DNA from: a virus
Taxonomy: Duplodnaviria; Caudoviricetes
IMG/VR virus record: IMGVR_UViG_2724679462_000002
Span: 64,001 to 128,000 of that record
Length of the DNA: 64,000 nt
Strand: one strand, 5' to 3'
Positions 39,923 through 48,485 of the stretch are shown here, piece by piece. The number at the start of each line of letters is the position of its first letter. Within the stretch, counting starts at the first letter, position 1. A program made the position numbers and the translations under genes. The notes beneath the pieces were generated by a model that made no database searches, was not told where the DNA came from, and worked only from the letters and a program-made list of their open reading frames with translations.

Positions 39923-40726
39923 TCAGCGATTGCCGCCGATCATAAGTCTAAGATACCTAGAGTAACTCTCCGGGTCGTTCATGAACGCGACTTTCCTCCA
40001 ACGAGTGGTCAAGTGGGTCTGGTACAGCTCTTCGGCGTCGGCATAGCCGTCGATAATCTCCTTGATTCGACCGAGCGTCTGCCCACCACGCAATTCGCCC
40101 ATATCCAGTTGGACGACGTAGGTGTTGTAGATGTAGGACTTGACCGCGAATTCCACCAACTTCACGAACGACAGATAGCTGCGCAACTGAATGTTGTTCA
40201 AGTTCTCGTCATTCGCCACAGTGCAGCGCAGATACGCATTGGCCGGCATCGTCATCACATCGCGAACGAGCACGACGTTCTCACCGATCAGTTCGAGCCG
40301 AGCCGTAGACGTTTGGGGAATCATCCCCATCGCATCCATTACGGCCTGACCTGCTTGCAACATCATGTTGTTCTGGCCGTTCGCTGCAATACCTGCTGCC
40401 GAGACACGCGAGGGATCCGCGAAGGAGATATTGAGCACGGACATGATCGTCCGACCGTTGGTCATCCTCTTCGGGATGCGGTAGACCGATTCGTAGATGC
40501 TGCCACCGCTCTCGCACAATCCGTCGAGGCAAATCCAGATCTCAGTGCCACCAACCAGGTTGCAATCGATCAGCACGCGCGGTCGCATGACCAGGTTCAT
40601 GATCTGATCGTCGATGCTCTTCGGCGTGTCGCGCCAACGTTCGACACGTTGAACGAAAACGGTGTGCAAGACCTCGGGCGGGATGCGGAACTTGATGTCT
40701 GCGAGGGCCTTGGTAATGGGATTCAT
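39923..40726 (-). CDS. Conserved phiKZ-like hypothetical/virion protein (267 aa)
   Basis: MNPITKAL..I...IP.EVL, PRVL.DCNLVGG and AVKSYIYN blocks; divergent from phuZ. Confidence 0.7.
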   Translation of the reverse strand: MNPITKALADIKFRIPPEVLHTVFVQRVERWRDTPKSIDDQIMNLVMRPRVLIDCNLVGGTEIWICLDGLCESGGSIYESVYRIPKRMTNGRTIMSVLNISFADPSRVSAAGIAANGQNNMMLQAGQAVMDAMGMIPQTSTARLELIGENVVLVRDVMTMPANAYLRCTVANDENLNNIQLRSYLSFVKLVEFAVKSYIYNTYVVQLDMGELRGGQTLGRIKEIIDGYADAEELYQTHLTTRWRKVAFMNDPESYSRYLRLMIGGNR

Positions 40727-40761
40727 GGGGGGATCTCCCGGGACTCAACCCAATAGAAAAA

Positions 40762-40776
40762 TGGCGATATATCACT
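40762..40776 (+). promoter_or_regulatory. Putative early promoter TGGCGATATATCACT upstream of phuZ
   Basis: Identical 15-mer at 58081-58095. Confidence 0.7.
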
Positions 40777-40894
40777 TTACTGGAGCTGTGACGTACACAG
40801 CATTCGCCGAGTGCTATTTAGGTCGCAGTTATTTTTTATCCCCGTCAGGCTTGTTATGACCAACCACAAGTCACAACCCCAAGGAACACCAACC

Positions 40895-41902
40895 ATGACT
40901 ACGCATGAACGTGAACGCGGCCGTGTACGCCTTTACGCCTGTGGCGGCGCAGGCGTGAACGTAGGTCACAAAGTCGATCGCGTCGCGCAGAGCAACGACG
41001 AAGCGTTCGCCCAGCTCGACGTCGTATACATCGACACGTCGAAGTCGAACCTGCACTCCGACATCAAGGCAGAAAGCGTCTACCTGATCGACGGCCTCGA
41101 CGGCTCCGGTCAAGTGCGTCGTGAAAATCACGGCGCCATCAGCGAGCGCGTGCGCGACATCCTGCAGACGTTCAAGCCGGTCGATCTCAACATCGTCCTT
41201 TCGTCGGCCGGTGGCGGTTCCGGATCAGTGATCGCACCTTCGATCGTTTCGGAACTCCTCGCGAAGGACTATCCGACGATCGTCATCTGTGTCGGCGATG
41301 ACAGCACGAAGAAGTACAGCGAGAACACACTGAACACGCTGAAGTCCTACGACCAGATCGCGTCGACCGTACGTCAGCAGCCGGTCATCATGTCGTACCT
41401 GCAGAACAGCGCGGACATGACGCGCCCCGTCGTCGATCAGCGCGTGCAGCATCTCGTAGCCGCACTGTGCCTGCTCTTCTCGCGCCGCAACCGGGAGCTG
41501 GACTCGAAGGATCTGTACAACTGGCTGCACTACCAGAAGGTCACTTCGTACAAGCCGGCGCTCACCGCGCTCACGCTCATCGAAGACCTGAACGCCACCA
41601 GCCTCAGCAAGATCGGCAACCTCATCAGCATCGCGACGCTCACGATGCCTGACGTCGATCCGAGCCTGTCGCTGCGTCCGGAAGTGCAGTACGTCGGCTA
41701 CATCGAGGGCGACACCGCCTCCGACAAGCTCAACATGCTGGCACCGTTCCACTACGTCACCTCCGACGGCGTCTTCGCGGAAGTCGCCGCCGGACTGAAC
41801 ACCGTGCTCCGCGAGCTCGAAGAGCAGACCGCCGCACGTCTGAACAAGGCAGGCATTTCGACCAGTGCTGATCAGGCTACCGATACCGGCCTGGTGTTGT
41901 AA
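40895..41902 (+). CDS. phuZ: PhuZ phage tubulin/FtsZ-like spindle protein
   Basis: 335 aa, AAGGA RBS; ACGGAGVNVG, IDTS, DGSG, signature GGGSGS, NTLNTL, ELDSKD; C-terminal DTGLVL. Confidence 0.92.
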   Translation: MTTHERERGRVRLYACGGAGVNVGHKVDRVAQSNDEAFAQLDVVYIDTSKSNLHSDIKAESVYLIDGLDGSGQVRRENHGAISERVRDILQTFKPVDLNIVLSSAGGGSGSVIAPSIVSELLAKDYPTIVICVGDDSTKKYSENTLNTLKSYDQIASTVRQQPVIMSYLQNSADMTRPVVDQRVQHLVAALCLLFSRRNRELDSKDLYNWLHYQKVTSYKPALTALTLIEDLNATSLSKIGNLISIATLTMPDVDPSLSLRPEVQYVGYIEGDTASDKLNMLAPFHYVTSDGVFAEVAAGLNTVLRELEEQTAARLNKAGISTSADQATDTGLVL

Positions 41903-42541
41903 CTGGTGGCGGGATCTGATGCGCGGGCTGTGCTTAACCCCCGCGTGCCGGATTCTGATCAAACGCGGATACTCGTCAAAGACGGCGCATGACGTGCACA
42001 TGCGCTCGTTCGTCCCCAAGCTAACTGCACACCCTAAAGAGCCGGATACCGCGGTCAAATGGAGGCCGTATGGACCCCACGCTCTGGCGGGTTTTGCCTG
42101 GGACATGACGAGTCCGCTCGCCAGATTTCTCACCTGACATCGAACAAACAAGAAGCTTCTTTATCAGGAAGCTGGTCATCGCGAAGTGTGCTGACACGAG
42201 ACTTGAGTTCAGCCACCCGAGGCATCGGGCTGGTCCCGAGAGGGAGCAATTGTTTCGAATGAGGTCCAAGGCACTGTCGCATCGATCGAGGTTCAGTGAG
42301 AACCAATCTACCGATCGTCCCGCAGGATCCGATTGCTCGGAGGACGGGATGATCCCAACCAGCCTGCGAAGGCAGGTTTGGAATGCGTTCGCGCTGAGCG
42401 CATTCCAAATCAACATCAACAGTTACGGACGACGGCGAGCCGGTATGCGCGATACCGGGCCAGACGAGCACGCCTAACCGGTTTGGGCATAGCAGCAGTC
42501 TGAAAAGGGCCGGGGGTGAAAAGTCCCCACGTCGTCCACCC
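41903..42541 (+). ncRNA. Putative structured non-coding RNA(s) / leader upstream of ACP
   Basis: No credible ORF. Consecutive helices with GNRA loops (GGCA, GAGA, GCGA). Long-range pairs 41965-41978/42106-42117 and 42427-42434/42530-42537. Confidence 0.55.
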
Positions 42542-42556
42542 GATCTAGGAGAAAGC

Positions 42557-42811
42557 ATGAGCGATAAACAGCAAATCGAAGAACGCGTTAAAGCCATCGT
42601 ATCGGCTCAGCTTCAGGTCCCCGTCACGGACATCAGGAACGAGGACACGATCGTCGCAGTCCTCGGTGCTGACTCGCTCGATGAAGTCGAGATGCTGATG
42701 GCAATCGAGGACGACTTCGGTTTGGACATCCTCGACGAGGACGCGGAAAGCTTCAAGACCGTTCAGAGCATCATCGACTACGTCAAAGGCAAAGTTCCGG
42801 CCACGGTCTGA
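42557..42811 (+). CDS. acpP: Acyl carrier protein
   Basis: 84 aa, acidic, AGGAG RBS; IEERVKAIV..QL, LGADSLD phosphopantetheine-Ser motif, EDDFG..I.DEDAE..KTVQ..IDYV. Confidence 0.93.
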   Translation: MSDKQQIEERVKAIVSAQLQVPVTDIRNEDTIVAVLGADSLDEVEMLMAIEDDFGLDILDEDAESFKTVQSIIDYVKGKVPATV

Positions 42812-43595
42812 TTTTTCTTAACCGGCGCGCGCCGCTTGCGGGAACTTGGCTCCCGCGCTGCGGTGCTCTTTTGTTGGGCGTCGGCGCGCAAACGGCGCGC
42901 CCTGCCCGTTGGGCGTGATGGTGAGCTAACACAATGTGAGGCCCGCGTTTGAACGTCACGCCCGCGCTACCTTGGCGCCGGTAGTCGCAGGGTTGAATTC
43001 AGTGCAACAAACTTAGGCTGCAGTAGTTTAGGTCTCGATCAATCCAAGTGATTGACTTCGATCAGATCGCCTGGGGAGGTGATGTGAGGAAGGCGCTCAT
43101 ACCTGATTTCAATCCTGCGTTTGTCCCAGTCTCCGTCACTCGCTACGCGCTGGTTGGCGCTGGCCGCGAGCGGGGCCCATTCCGAGACTGGATTCCATCA
43201 ACATCCGCAAAACAACCGAAGAGGTCCGCCATGAAGTAGGTTAGCTCACGCTCCCATTTCCAGTCCGATTGACTGAAGCCATCCATCAAGTGACCCTCTA
43301 GTGAGTGGTAAGACATTCCGCATTCAGTCTGGAACATATAGCGTCCACCTACGCGGCTGCGCGGGCCTGGCACGAGCATCGACTCGAGCCAACAAGGCAG
43401 CGCGCAGGCTAGTGCTGGCCTAATTGCTGATCCACTGTTTGCACGACGTCGTGATGGTCTCCCAACTGCTCAGCGGGATAAAACAAAGAGCGTCTGTCTC
43501 CGTACTGCTCAGCCGGACACAGCAGAGCTACGGGCCAATTCCCCAGGATCGCATTACGCGAGGAGGGAGTTGGCCCTAATTGCCTTTTATGCCGT
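42812..43595 (+). ncRNA. Putative structured non-coding RNA(s) downstream of ACP
   Basis: Chain of helices (e.g. gggcgtga/tcacgccc; ccagtctc 43126/gagactgg 43184; gggccaattccc 43532/gggagttggccc 43576) ending in TTTTATGCCG; only weak short ORFs. Confidence 0.45.
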
Positions 43596-43752
43596 CAATT
43601 CAGCCAGCCAGTGAAACAAACGGAACCCGTGTAAAATCCCGGCCTGTTTGTTTTCCAGAATGCCTCTAAAAACGCTCAGAAACGCTTCTGACGGGCTCGT
43701 GCTGGGAAGTTTATATCTCCACGTCAAATCGTGTAGAGACCAGGAGCCAGAA

Positions 43753-44133
43753 GTGTTTCGACAAGCCACTCTCATTCAGGACATCCGCGAGTTTTTCGCG
43801 ATTATCCAACCGCCGTTGCTGGAAATATTCGAGCAAGACAACGTCTGCTTCTCGGGAGCATCAATCGAGGACACGGTGGAATGGATCATCGCGCAGCAGA
43901 TCGAGAACTGCTACGGCCTGTCCGTTCAAGGACACACCCGCGAGCGCTCGGTCTACAGCGCACTTCACGATCAAGTTGCGAATGCCTTGCCGTATCCCAT
44001 CTCGTTGCCGGTTCGACAGTTAATAAAGGTGCCGTTGATTTACGACGACCAGTCCGTGAGCATCGATCTTCGAGGCACGGATTTGTACGTCTTCTATTAC
44101 ATCGACACCGCCCTCCTTTTCACTAGGCCATGA
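43753..44133 (+). CDS. Paralogue-array member 1 (126 aa)
   Basis: GTG with AGGAG RBS; TLIQDIRE ... IDLRGTDLYVF. Confidence 0.65.
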   Translation: MFRQATLIQDIREFFAIIQPPLLEIFEQDNVCFSGASIEDTVEWIIAQQIENCYGLSVQGHTRERSVYSALHDQVANALPYPISLPVRQLIKVPLIYDDQSVSIDLRGTDLYVFYYIDTALLFTRP

Positions 44134-44759
44134 ACTACCCGATTATTCAAACACTCAGGCTGGACCCGTTCCCCATCGCTTCGATGATTGAAGCGGTCGT
44201 CGGCGACTACCTGGTGAAGCCCGCCCCGGGTATCTATGCGAAGGGGAAGTTCGACCCGGTGATGCATCCGAGCGGCGTCTACTATCAGCAGGGTAGAAAC
44301 GAACGAGGCGACATCGGTAACTTTGTTGTCCGGACAATCGCCGACATACAGCGCGGTACTGAGGTCAGAGACCTGGACGGCAATGTGGTCGTGACGCCCG
44401 GGCAAATCCCAATGCTCTCCAACGATCCGACTCTGCCGACCCGCGGCATGGCGATCATTGAACGCCTCCTCATCGATACGCTTTCGATCTACGGCGACCA
44501 GCGCAAGCGGAGCGCTCGACAAGATGACTTCGCCCAGGTCGCTGCCGTCATCCACCCTGACTATCGCTCGGACCCCGAGATTGCCAATCAGATTCTGGGT
44601 ATGGCAAGCCCCATTCGTGGGCAGGTGCGGGACTTCGCAGGCGAGAACCGCTGGGTCATCCACTTTCTGCACAGGGAAGGCTTCGGCTTAATGGTCGAGA
44701 AAAGCATCGATTTTCGAATCGCTGACTGGCACCGAATGAAAGGATGTGCGTATGACTAG
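44130..44759 (+). CDS. Conserved-looking hypothetical protein, possible longer array member (209 aa)
   Basis: ATGA overlap; TLRLDPF ... LHREGFGLMVEKSIDFRI. Confidence 0.75.
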   Translation: MNYPIIQTLRLDPFPIASMIEAVVGDYLVKPAPGIYAKGKFDPVMHPSGVYYQQGRNERGDIGNFVVRTIADIQRGTEVRDLDGNVVVTPGQIPMLSNDPTLPTRGMAIIERLLIDTLSIYGDQRKRSARQDDFAQVAAVIHPDYRSDPEIANQILGMASPIRGQVRDFAGENRWVIHFLHREGFGLMVEKSIDFRIADWHRMKGCAYD

Positions 44760-45204
44760 AGTGCCAGTGCTCGGGCAGCCGCTCTCGCACTTCGTGCGGC
44801 AGCCCAAACGCCATACGTGGATTGGCATGAGCCACGTGGTGAGCCTGCTGCGCTTGAGGATTCGCGATTACTGGGCCCAACACCGACGCGTGCAGTACGG
44901 CGTTCTCGCCGAGCCGCCTCGCCTGATGGACATCAACATCTGCCCGTTCTTCGATGCGCTCGTACAAGAAATCTTTGGCGGGCATGACGGGGACGTGCGG
45001 AATATGGGACAGCTCGTTCAAAGCGAGGCTGAGCTGAAGAAATTAGGGATCGATGAACGCACCGCTCACGAATTCGCCGAGGAAGCGTTCTCCGCATTCG
45101 TCGAGACGGTCGGGCAAACCATGCCGGAGGTCTCTTTCCAGAACCGAGAGGGCCTCGCGTTCGCGATGACCGAATACGACTTGCTCGTCACCCGCCCGTA
45201 CTAG
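44752..45204 (+). CDS. Paralogue-array member (150 aa)
   Basis: AAGGA RBS; LMDINICPF ... LAFAMTEYDLLVT. Confidence 0.7.
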   Translation: MTRVPVLGQPLSHFVRQPKRHTWIGMSHVVSLLRLRIRDYWAQHRRVQYGVLAEPPRLMDINICPFFDALVQEIFGGHDGDVRNMGQLVQSEAELKKLGIDERTAHEFAEEAFSAFVETVGQTMPEVSFQNREGLAFAMTEYDLLVTRPY

Positions 45205-45226
45205 GGGGTGGCAAGGGGTATAATCC

Positions 45227-45697
45227 ATGAAACCAATAGTCCTCGATACGCGCTCGCTGATCCGGGATTTCCAAGAATACGCGCCGTTCTTCGAGTTCTA
45301 CGATTCCGGCCTGAAGGACCTGGTCCGGGAAGCCATTCTCACCCGCTCCTTCAACAGTCCGTACACGACGAACTACCACCACGGCCATCGCTACGCTCGC
45401 GGTCTCGCGGCGAAGGTAATGGAAGACTTCGAGTACGCGGTCGATCGTCATCACGATCTGTACGGGAAACAAAGTCTGCGTGACATTCTGAATCAGGATC
45501 GCGCCCTGTTCAATCTCGGCGTGATTCGCTTTGTCGCGGAAGAGATGGAACAGGCAGCCGATATATTGCTTCAGCAGCACCTGCGCACCAAACTGTTCGA
45601 GATCGCACAGGACAGTTGCGGCGAGCAGATGCGCCCGCGGTGGATCGGTTCCGATCTGCTGGTCTTCATTCGCTTTCTGACCTCACGGGAGTGTTGA
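45227..45697 (+). CDS. Paralogue-array member (156 aa)
   Basis: PIVLDTRSL ... RWIGSDLLVFI. Confidence 0.75.
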   Translation: MKPIVLDTRSLIRDFQEYAPFFEFYDSGLKDLVREAILTRSFNSPYTTNYHHGHRYARGLAAKVMEDFEYAVDRHHDLYGKQSLRDILNQDRALFNLGVIRFVAEEMEQAADILLQQHLRTKLFEIAQDSCGEQMRPRWIGSDLLVFIRFLTSREC

Positions 45698-45699
45698 CC

Positions 45700-46113
45700 A
45701 TGTACTTCCGCGCGACTCGGAAGCCGCAGACGCTTGTACTGGATTCGCCGCCTGAGCTTCGGATTCTCCGGGCTTGGGTGGCGAATCCTTCTATGCCGAC
45801 TGTTGACATCGACTGGCTGTATTCGCAAATCTTCGATGCGATCGGAAACTATCAGGAAAATATTTGGAAGCAGGAACTGTATGGAGTAGCTGACCGGATG
45901 GCCTTCAGCGACATGCTTTACGGTCACAACGACATGTCGCAGATGGAGCGGGACGATCTGGCGCTGAAGATCATTAGCGCTGGCCAAGCCACTGCCGATT
46001 ACCTGTTTCGTATGCGAGCGTATGAGAGTGACGGTTACTTCCCGTACGCGTTTTCTGAGTTCAGATCCGACGGTCTGTTGGTCTTTCTCGCTCGCCAGCG
46101 AACGGCGAGCTGA
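45700..46113 (+). CDS. Paralogue-array member (137 aa)
   Basis: GGGAG RBS; TLVLDSPP ... GYFPYAFSEFRSDGLLVFL. Confidence 0.75.
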   Translation: MYFRATRKPQTLVLDSPPELRILRAWVANPSMPTVDIDWLYSQIFDAIGNYQENIWKQELYGVADRMAFSDMLYGHNDMSQMERDDLALKIISAGQATADYLFRMRAYESDGYFPYAFSEFRSDGLLVFLARQRTAS

Positions 46114-46133
46114 TTTCATACACGACGAAAAAT

Positions 46134-46664
46134 ATGGGCTATTCATTTTTCAGACCGCGCCACGAGCCGGACAGCGTGATTCTGGAGACACGCATGCTGT
46201 TGGGACCGCTCTTCAGGCGGCTGCCCCATCTCAAGGAAGATACCGACGAGTTCATCGGTCGGGTCCTCGACTGTCTCGCATTCGAGAAGGAAGCGCAGGA
46301 TCAACTGAGCCTCATGTGCGCGGAGCTCGTCGACGACTTGCTGCATATGCCGTTGCCCGAGAGTGGTCCCAAGCTTCGGTTGGGTCGCTTTGACCCCGAA
46401 GAGGAGCGTCAGGAGCGTATCGATATCGTCACGCGCCACTCGAACGAGATGTACAAGTTCGGTCAGGACCTGCTCGAGCAGCTGCAAGCCCTCCGACTGT
46501 ATCGCGGCGGCTACCTGCACTATCAGTTCGGCGAGCTGGTCGGCCATGACATGCTGATGCACCGCCTGATGGTGCCGAAGCTCACGACCAAGATTCCCAT
46601 CGACTATCTGACCGACGAAGACCTCTGGGAACGCAGCCAGGTGCACCGGAGGGGTCGTCGATAA
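46134..46664 (+). CDS. Paralogue-array member (176 aa)
   Basis: SVILETRML ... GYLHYQFGELVGHDMLMH. Confidence 0.75.
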   Translation: MGYSFFRPRHEPDSVILETRMLLGPLFRRLPHLKEDTDEFIGRVLDCLAFEKEAQDQLSLMCAELVDDLLHMPLPESGPKLRLGRFDPEEERQERIDIVTRHSNEMYKFGQDLLEQLQALRLYRGGYLHYQFGELVGHDMLMHRLMVPKLTTKIPIDYLTDEDLWERSQVHRRGRR

Positions 46665-46678
46665 ACAAGGAGCCCAGC

Positions 46679-47086
46679 GTGCCGGAGCATGATCGAGAAG
46701 TCAACTTCTCAAAACGGATGGTTATCCCGGTCGCTGACCTCATCACGCAATACCGTCGAGACTTGACCGGTCTCACGATCACGCCCTTCGGGTTCGAAGA
46801 ACTCGTGAGGCAATGTATCGACATCTACATGGGCTGGGAGGGAGACGAAAGCCAGCTGGCCGAGCTCCCGCAAATTCATCGTATAGAGATCCCAGAGTTG
46901 AGAGGGGAGGATTATCAGGCAGTGTATGAGAAGGTGACGCGTGCCACTCAAACATTCGCCTGTGAATTGTTTGGCCGGTTGTCGCAGGCTGGCGTATTCC
47001 TCAACAGGAACACGTTCGGCAACATCAACTATGCGTTCGATCGCTTCCTCGGCAACGACATCGTCCTCTTTCACTTTCCTTATTAG
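46679..47086 (+). CDS. Paralogue-array member (135 aa)
   Basis: GTG with AAGGAG RBS; RMVIPVADL ... GNINYAFDRFLGNDIVLF. Confidence 0.75.
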   Translation: MPEHDREVNFSKRMVIPVADLITQYRRDLTGLTITPFGFEELVRQCIDIYMGWEGDESQLAELPQIHRIEIPELRGEDYQAVYEKVTRATQTFACELFGRLSQAGVFLNRNTFGNINYAFDRFLGNDIVLFHFPY

Positions 47087-47107
47087 CGATTCAATCGGTG
47101 AGCGCCC

Positions 47108-47524
47108 ATGTCGTACAACTATCAGATCGGTCAGGTCATCAGCTTCGACGTCTACCCCACTCCCATTCTGGGCAACAGCTTCGAGTATGTGACGGTCCTC
47201 GCCGTCATGGACCAGTCCACCGCTAACGGCATCATCGATACGGTGGCCAACCACATCAAGATGTATCCGTACTTGAAGCCGCAAGGAACGCCCAACGACC
47301 CGGCTCAGTACAACTACATCAAGGTGCGCACGCAGTCGGGTGCGATCACGGCGCTCGGGATGCCGTGGATCAACGAAAGCACGATCAAGGTCTGGACCTC
47401 ACAGACGATCACCGCTGTCATCAGCGGCGTCACCGCGAGTGACATTCAAGCTGTCCAGAACGCGCTCATTAGCAACGGCTTCCCGAACATCTCCGTCACT
47501 GTCTCGGCAATGCCGGGTTCTTGA
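47108..47524 (+). CDS. Conserved phiKZ-like small beta-barrel protein (gp49-like position)
   Basis: 138 aa; IGQVISFDVYP..ILG, LGMPWINESTI; precedes the DNA polymerase region. Confidence 0.7.
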   Translation: MSYNYQIGQVISFDVYPTPILGNSFEYVTVLAVMDQSTANGIIDTVANHIKMYPYLKPQGTPNDPAQYNYIKVRTQSGAITALGMPWINESTIKVWTSQTITAVISGVTASDIQAVQNALISNGFPNISVTVSAMPGS

Positions 47525-47828
47525 TCGGTATATTGTGACAGAGTGCGGGAAACGCACCGTCGCCAAGGGGGAAAGTGGTGAAGTAGTTTCGGGGGTAGTA
47601 CCGCGAGAACCATAGCACGTTGATTGCAATTTCCTTTGTTTGCCTCTTCCCTCGGGAAGAGGCTTATTCCCCGCAAAGATGTTTTTTTTTGCCTACCCCT
47701 CGTCAAACGAACTCGCGGCCCAGCTCCAGGGATTGGCGCAATCACGATTTACCTCGACCTTCAACGCGCCATGCAGGGTGGGGACGTTATCCATATCGGA
47801 CACCCTCCCCGCCCACACGACCAACTGC

Positions 47829-48485
47829 TCATTTGGTGATCGTCGTGTAGCTGCTCCTGGTGTTACCTAAGTGCGCGCTGAAGTTTTGAATGTCTATGCC
47901 GAAGCTTGGCGTTGAAACGCTAAACGTTCCTGTTGCTGGGACGCCGGCTTCGTCGAGGCTGATTTTCTGAGTGAAGCCCTGATAGCGAGTAGTTTGCTTA
48001 GTGTCCGTTTCGAAGGGCGTCCCAGCAGCGGTCAGTGCCATCTGAATTGTAACGAAGTCACTTCCATCGACTGAAGGAATCTGACCAGATGCAGTCGCTG
48101 ACTTTGGAGGTCTGCTTCCACCGCCGTCCTTGAACGAAAATTGCACGTCGCCTGCGTATAGTGCGTAAGAATAGGCTTGCGTACAGTCATCCCACCAGGA
48201 CATGTAAACTTCCGCAAACGCGAGGGAGGTTACGGGGGTGCCGCTGCCTTTTGAATGCGTAGCATTTGCGGTAACGGATATAAATACCGTTCCGTCCGTC
48301 CGACAGGTAGCGCTGAAGAACCCCAACCCGCTTGCTGCCGCTCCGGTTGACTTAATGGTTAATACCTCCGCAGCCTGGCCCGATGCAAACATGCTCGAAG
48401 CTGCAATAAACGCGATAGCCGCAAGGGCCTTGCTGATCACCGTGCGACCGTAGTGAAATTGTTGGATGAGGCGACGCATGCTCAT
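47829..48485 (-). CDS. Inserted gene for a secreted/periplasmic beta-rich protein (218 aa)
   Basis: ATG with GAGGGG RBS; signal-peptide-like KALAAIAFIAASSMFASGQA-AE; S/T/G-rich, two Cys; atypical codon usage; opposite strand to neighbours. Confidence 0.65.
   Translation of the reverse strand: MSMRRLIQQFHYGRTVISKALAAIAFIAASSMFASGQAAEVLTIKSTGAAASGLGFFSATCRTDGTVFISVTANATHSKGSGTPVTSLAFAEVYMSWWDDCTQAYSYALYAGDVQFSFKDGGGSRPPKSATASGQIPSVDGSDFVTIQMALTAAGTPFETDTKQTTRYQGFTQKISLDEAGVPATGTFSVSTPSFGIDIQNFSAHLGNTRSSYTTITK

Noticed and set aside
42505-42540. FMN or cobalamin riboswitch (AGGGC..GGGGTGAAAAGTCCCCAC)
   Set aside because: Only the T-loop arm matches; the remaining conserved aptamer segments are absent and the ACP gene starts immediately after.
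42427-42541. tRNA-Sec or tmRNA
   Set aside because: The 8-bp acceptor-like stem is suggestive, but there is no UCA anticodon loop, TTCRA T-loop, G3.U70 pair or CCA; kept only as tRNA-like.
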